A stretch of DNA of 32,000 nucleotides, taken from the NCBI RefSeq assembly GCF_000284455.1, contig NC_017039.1:1410001-1442000 (forward strand). Reading direction: 5' to 3'. Under the pieces are notes generated by a model. The model had not been told where the DNA came from. It saw only the letters and a list, made by a program, of their open reading frames with translations, and did no database searches. This DNA comes from Synechocystis sp. PCC 6803 substr. PCC-P. GTDB taxonomy: Bacteria; Cyanobacteriota; Cyanobacteriia; Cyanobacteriales; Microcystaceae. The position numbers and the translations under genes were made by a program. Below, piece by piece: positions 28,517 to 32,000 of the stretch (positions are counted from its first letter, which is position 1; each line of letters opens with the position of its first letter).

Positions 28517-30008
28517 AGCCGTCTAAATCCCCCGCCATCACCGTGGCGATCGCCGTTTTGGCATTGTCCTGAAATTCCCGCACATTGACTTTGTTGAGCA
28601 GGAAAATGGAGAGAATTAACCCCAGGGCCTGGAGGGCAAACACCAAACCGTAGGCCAATACCGCATTGGCAAATAAAGCTTTGCCGATGTTCAACACCGT
28701 TCCCCCAGCCACCGTGGCTAAGCCTCTGGAAATGGATTGGGCCAAACCCCAAGCTCCAATAAAAGTGCCAGCGGTTTCCACAGCGGTGAGGTCCAACATT
28801 AAACTGGTGGCTCCAGCGGTGATCATGCCCGATGCTAAGCCGAAGAAAAGTAAACCGGATTTTAACAGGGTCACATTTTGCTGAAATCCCGCCAGAATTA
28901 ACAGGGAAAAACACAGGGCGGCCAGGGCACAGCCCAGGGAAGTGGTGCGTTGTTTGCCTAAACGGGGGACGACAAAAAAGCCAGTGGAGCCAATGCCCAG
29001 CAGGGTTCCCATGCCAAAAAAGGCGTTTAACTGGGTGGTTTCGGAAATGCAAAGATTAAAGACTTCCCCACCGTAGGGTTCCAGTACTGCATCCTGCATA
29101 AATAGGCTCAGGGTTAGTAGCAACAAAAAGCCGAAGAAGATGGCCGTTTGTCGGCTGGCGGTCAACACCTTCAGCGCTTGCCCCAAAGTAATTTCATCCT
29201 CTCGCCCCCCGGAACGATCGCCAAAGCGGGAATATTTCTTTTCCACCCCCACCGTGGCGAGCCAGGCCAGGAATACCACGATCGCCGGCATGATGATGAA
29301 GACGGGATTAATTCCCCGTTGCAGTTGGGCAATATCGACGGTTTTTTTCACTAGCAGGGCATCGGCATTCAACAGGGCCGGGCCACAAATTTCAGGGGTG
29401 TTTAACAGCCGGGAACTGACAATGGCCCCCACCACGATACCCACCATCAACATGGACCAGACAATGCCCACCAGTTTGGAGCGATTATCTTCATCGGATA
29501 CGTCCACCAACAGGGCGGCAAAGGGAGTGGAGCTTAAACTCAGAGTGACCCCGTAGGCGGCGAAAACTGCCCCCAGCACAATGCTCCAAAAAATGGTTAG
29601 GGCTCCCCAGCCGTTATTTTGCAAACTTAGCCCCAATTGCCACACCACCTGGAGGGCGATAAAGGACAATATGGTAAAACCCAGGGCTCCCAGCCACACA
29701 TAGCCAGTGCGATGGTAACCCCACAGCCGCTGACTGTCGGACAGTTGACCGCACCACACCTTAAAGGGACTAACAAATTGATACATGGCGATCGCCGTAG
29801 CGGCCACCCAGGGTAACACTGCTAGCTCGTCAATCAGCACCCGGTTGAGTACCCCCAGGGTAAGTAGGGACATAATGCCCAGCCCCATCTGGAATAACCC
29901 CAGACGGAACATAGTCACCAGGGGCAATTTGGGCAACGGGGATCCGGCCATCGATTCGCTAACGGTCATTACTACCTTGTCACAGAAAACATCCCGTATT
30001 CTAACCAA
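28515..30008 (-). CDS. PucC/BCD-family major facilitator-like membrane protein
   Basis: 497 aa. LFQMGLGIMSLLTLGVLNRVLIDELAVLPWVAATAIAMYQFVSPFKVWCGQLSDSQ and many TM helices, as in PucC/bch2 family proteins. Confidence 0.85.
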   Translation of the reverse strand: MVRIRDVFCDKVVMTVSESMAGSPLPKLPLVTMFRLGLFQMGLGIMSLLTLGVLNRVLIDELAVLPWVAATAIAMYQFVSPFKVWCGQLSDSQRLWGYHRTGYVWLGALGFTILSFIALQVVWQLGLSLQNNGWGALTIFWSIVLGAVFAAYGVTLSLSSTPFAALLVDVSDEDNRSKLVGIVWSMLMVGIVVGAIVSSRLLNTPEICGPALLNADALLVKKTVDIAQLQRGINPVFIIMPAIVVFLAWLATVGVEKKYSRFGDRSGGREDEITLGQALKVLTASRQTAIFFGFLLLLTLSLFMQDAVLEPYGGEVFNLCISETTQLNAFFGMGTLLGIGSTGFFVVPRLGKQRTTSLGCALAALCFSLLILAGFQQNVTLLKSGLLFFGLASGMITAGATSLMLDLTAVETAGTFIGAWGLAQSISRGLATVAGGTVLNIGKALFANAVLAYGLVFALQALGLILSIFLLNKVNVREFQDNAKTAIATVMAGDLDG

Positions 30009-30029
30009 CTAAGGCCTAGCAAGACTTTT

Positions 30030-32000
30030 CTAGAGGCGATCAAGCATAGTTTTCAGTTCTCCCTGCACCCTTTCGTAGCTGGCCGCTAAGGTCGGGAAAT
30101 GCCCTGGGTCCATGGCCCGGGAGTCCCGTTGGCGGGTCAGATTTTCCAAAGTTTTAGCCTGTTGTGCCAGGAGTACCGCCCCTAAATTAGCACTGCTAGA
30201 ACCCAATGTATGGGCGGCCGAACTCAAATTTCCCCAATCTTGATTGGCGATCGCCAGTTTGATCCGTTGCAATAGTTCCGGCGCCGTTTGGCAATAGATA
30301 TCGATAATCTCCCGAAGAATTAACTGACCATTCTCTCGATCCAAGTCCCGTAGAGAACAGATTATGTCTTGGTCAATGGGGGGTAAAGTTGTGCCAGCCG
30401 GATCTTCTGGGCAGGGACTAGAAGGGGATGGTTTAGCCTCAAAAGCACTAACACAGGAAACAGTAGCCATCCGATCTTGGCTGGTGGACTGGAGCGCAGT
30501 GGCGGCCACTTGTAGGGCCTGTTGTAAGGCTTCTAGGCGAATGGGCTTACTGACATAATCATTCATGCCGCTGGCCAAACACCTTTCCCGATCGCCTTCC
30601 ATGGAATAGGCTGTCACCGCAATGATCCAAGGCCTTTCACTCCGGCCCTGGGACCGTCGAATATGCTCCGTGGCGGTTAAACCGTCCATTTCTGGCATTT
30701 CCACATCCATCAACACCACGTCATAATCACCTTTTGCCAAAGCCGATAAAGCTTCTTGACCGTTATTGACCACATCCACTGGGTACCCCAACTTTTTCAG
30801 TAAAAGCTTAGCTACCTGCTGATTGATTAGGTTATCCTCCGCCAACAAAATAGTTAAATTAGAGGAGGAATAGGGAAACAAAGGCCCGCTAATTGCCTCC
30901 GTAGACACCAGGGTCGGGGGCTCAGTTTGCCCCAACACGTCCACCAAGGTATTTTCAAGCTCATCGGGGTTAATGGGACTCTTGATCCAGGCTTGCACCG
31001 GTGGTTTGTCGCCGCTGTAGCGCTCCCCTGGGGATAGATAAATATCCGTGGCTACTAACACTGGAATGTCCTGTTCCGTAGGGGCCCAGGTTGTAATTTT
31101 CCCTAAGTCAAAATCGGTGAACTGCTTTCCCCGGCCCTCTGGATAGGGGCAATGGAGGATGAGGGCACCATAGTTTTTTTGAGTTAATCTGCTTTTGAGA
31201 TCTTCCCCTAGTTTAGCGGGGGAGGAAAAGGTAATTTGCTCCGCTTGGAGACGCCAACTGGCCAAAAGATTTCGCATTCTGGTGCCCCGGCCCTCATCGT
31301 AATCTGCCACTAACACTGATCGCCCAATGAAGAGGGAGTGGCGCAAATTATGGACAGAATAGGCACAACTGGGCAGCACCGTTAAATTGACTGTGAAATA
31401 GAAAGTCGAACCCTCGATCGTCGGTTGCCCTATCTGCCAAAGTTCAGGGGGATTTCCCACCACACAGCCATTACTTTCAGCCCAGATGGTGCCCCCCATC
31501 AAAGCAGTCAACCGCACACAAATGGCCAAGCCTAACCCAGTGCCGCCAAAGCGACGGGTAATGGAAGAATTGCCCTGGCTAAAGGCCTGGAACAAAGCCT
31601 GTTGTTGGTTAGGAGCAATGCCAATGCCCGTATCCTGCACCGCAAAACAGATTTGATATTCCCCCTTAGCTGCGTCGTGGTCCACCACTTCCACCGTCAC
31701 CTTGACCTGTCCTGCCTCGGTGAATTTGACCGCATTGCTGAGGAGATTAACCAAAATTTGCCTGAGGCGAGTCACATCCCCCTGGAGGTTGGGGGGAATG
31801 GGGGTGAGAAAACGTCGGATCAGAGTGAGGGATTTTTGCCGGGCGCTCGGCACCACCACGTCCAAGGCTTCCTCCAGGCATTGCCCCAAATCAAAGGGAT
31901 ACACTTCCAGGTCTAATTTGCCGGCCTCAATCTTGGAAAAATCTAAAATATCGTTAATTAAGGTGAGCAGGGTTTCCCCGCTGTTGCGGATGGTTTGGGC
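30030..32000 (-). CDS. Hybrid sensor histidine kinase with receiver and Hpt domains (5' end beyond the window)
   Basis: Translation from the window edge AQTIRNSGETLLTLINDILDFSKIEAGKLDLEVYPFDL is in frame with the ORF; then HATPase, ILLAEDNLINQQVAKLLLKKLG...VVLMDVEMPEMDGLTATEHIR (REC) and AAHTLGSSSANLGA (Hpt). Confidence 0.95.
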   Translation of the reverse strand, partial: AQTIRNSGETLLTLINDILDFSKIEAGKLDLEVYPFDLGQCLEEALDVVVPSARQKSLTLIRRFLTPIPPNLQGDVTRLRQILVNLLSNAVKFTEAGQVKVTVEVVDHDAAKGEYQICFAVQDTGIGIAPNQQQALFQAFSQGNSSITRRFGGTGLGLAICVRLTALMGGTIWAESNGCVVGNPPELWQIGQPTIEGSTFYFTVNLTVLPSCAYSVHNLRHSLFIGRSVLVADYDEGRGTRMRNLLASWRLQAEQITFSSPAKLGEDLKSRLTQKNYGALILHCPYPEGRGKQFTDFDLGKITTWAPTEQDIPVLVATDIYLSPGERYSGDKPPVQAWIKSPINPDELENTLVDVLGQTEPPTLVSTEAISGPLFPYSSSNLTILLAEDNLINQQVAKLLLKKLGYPVDVVNNGQEALSALAKGDYDVVLMDVEMPEMDGLTATEHIRRSQGRSERPWIIAVTAYSMEGDRERCLASGMNDYVSKPIRLEALQQALQVAATALQSTSQDRMATVSCVSAFEAKPSPSSPCPEDPAGTTLPPIDQDIICSLRDLDRENGQLILREIIDIYCQTAPELLQRIKLAIANQDWGNLSSAAHTLGSSSANLGAVLLAQQAKTLENLTRQRDSRAMDPGHFPTLAASYERVQGELKTMLDRL

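Noticed and set aside
30030-31904. Hybrid kinase ORF as a complete 624-aa gene starting at 31904
   Set aside because: That start is an internal GTG. Codons upstream to the window edge remain in frame and encode the HisKA helix (LLTLINDILDFSKIEAGKLDLE), so the gene is truncated by the window.

Overview
This 32 kb window looks like a cyanobacterial chromosome segment. From recall of gene order and protein sequences (not a database search) it matches Synechocystis sp. PCC 6803 or a close substrain. Most of it is well-known housekeeping and photosynthesis content: hisC, an ArsR repressor, aqpZ, topA, an NIL/4Fe-4S ferredoxin-like protein, an acyltransferase-like protein, apcABC, prmA, serA, a DUF3120-like protein, an FHA-adenylate cyclase (cya1), a glutathione peroxidase, phaA-phaB, a PucC-like MFS protein and the 3' part of a hybrid histidine kinase. 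The segment at about 7.7-18.5 kb is more accessory. It holds two partial copies of a membrane/coiled-coil gene flanking a Uma2-family gene, a DUF2442 protein, a TnpB-only IS200/IS605-like element with terminal hairpins, and a giant RTX-like/S-layer-type gene. That gene is split by an apparent single-base (+1) frameshift. Removing one base restores exactly 1741 codons. I found no convincing new multi-gene system. The best leads are the S-layer gene frameshift, the reciprocal decay of the duplicated membrane/coiled-coil gene, the possible guide-RNA region of the TnpB element, a dispersed ~140 bp MITE-like intergenic repeat, and the apparent absence of HIP1 octamers across about 10.8 kb.
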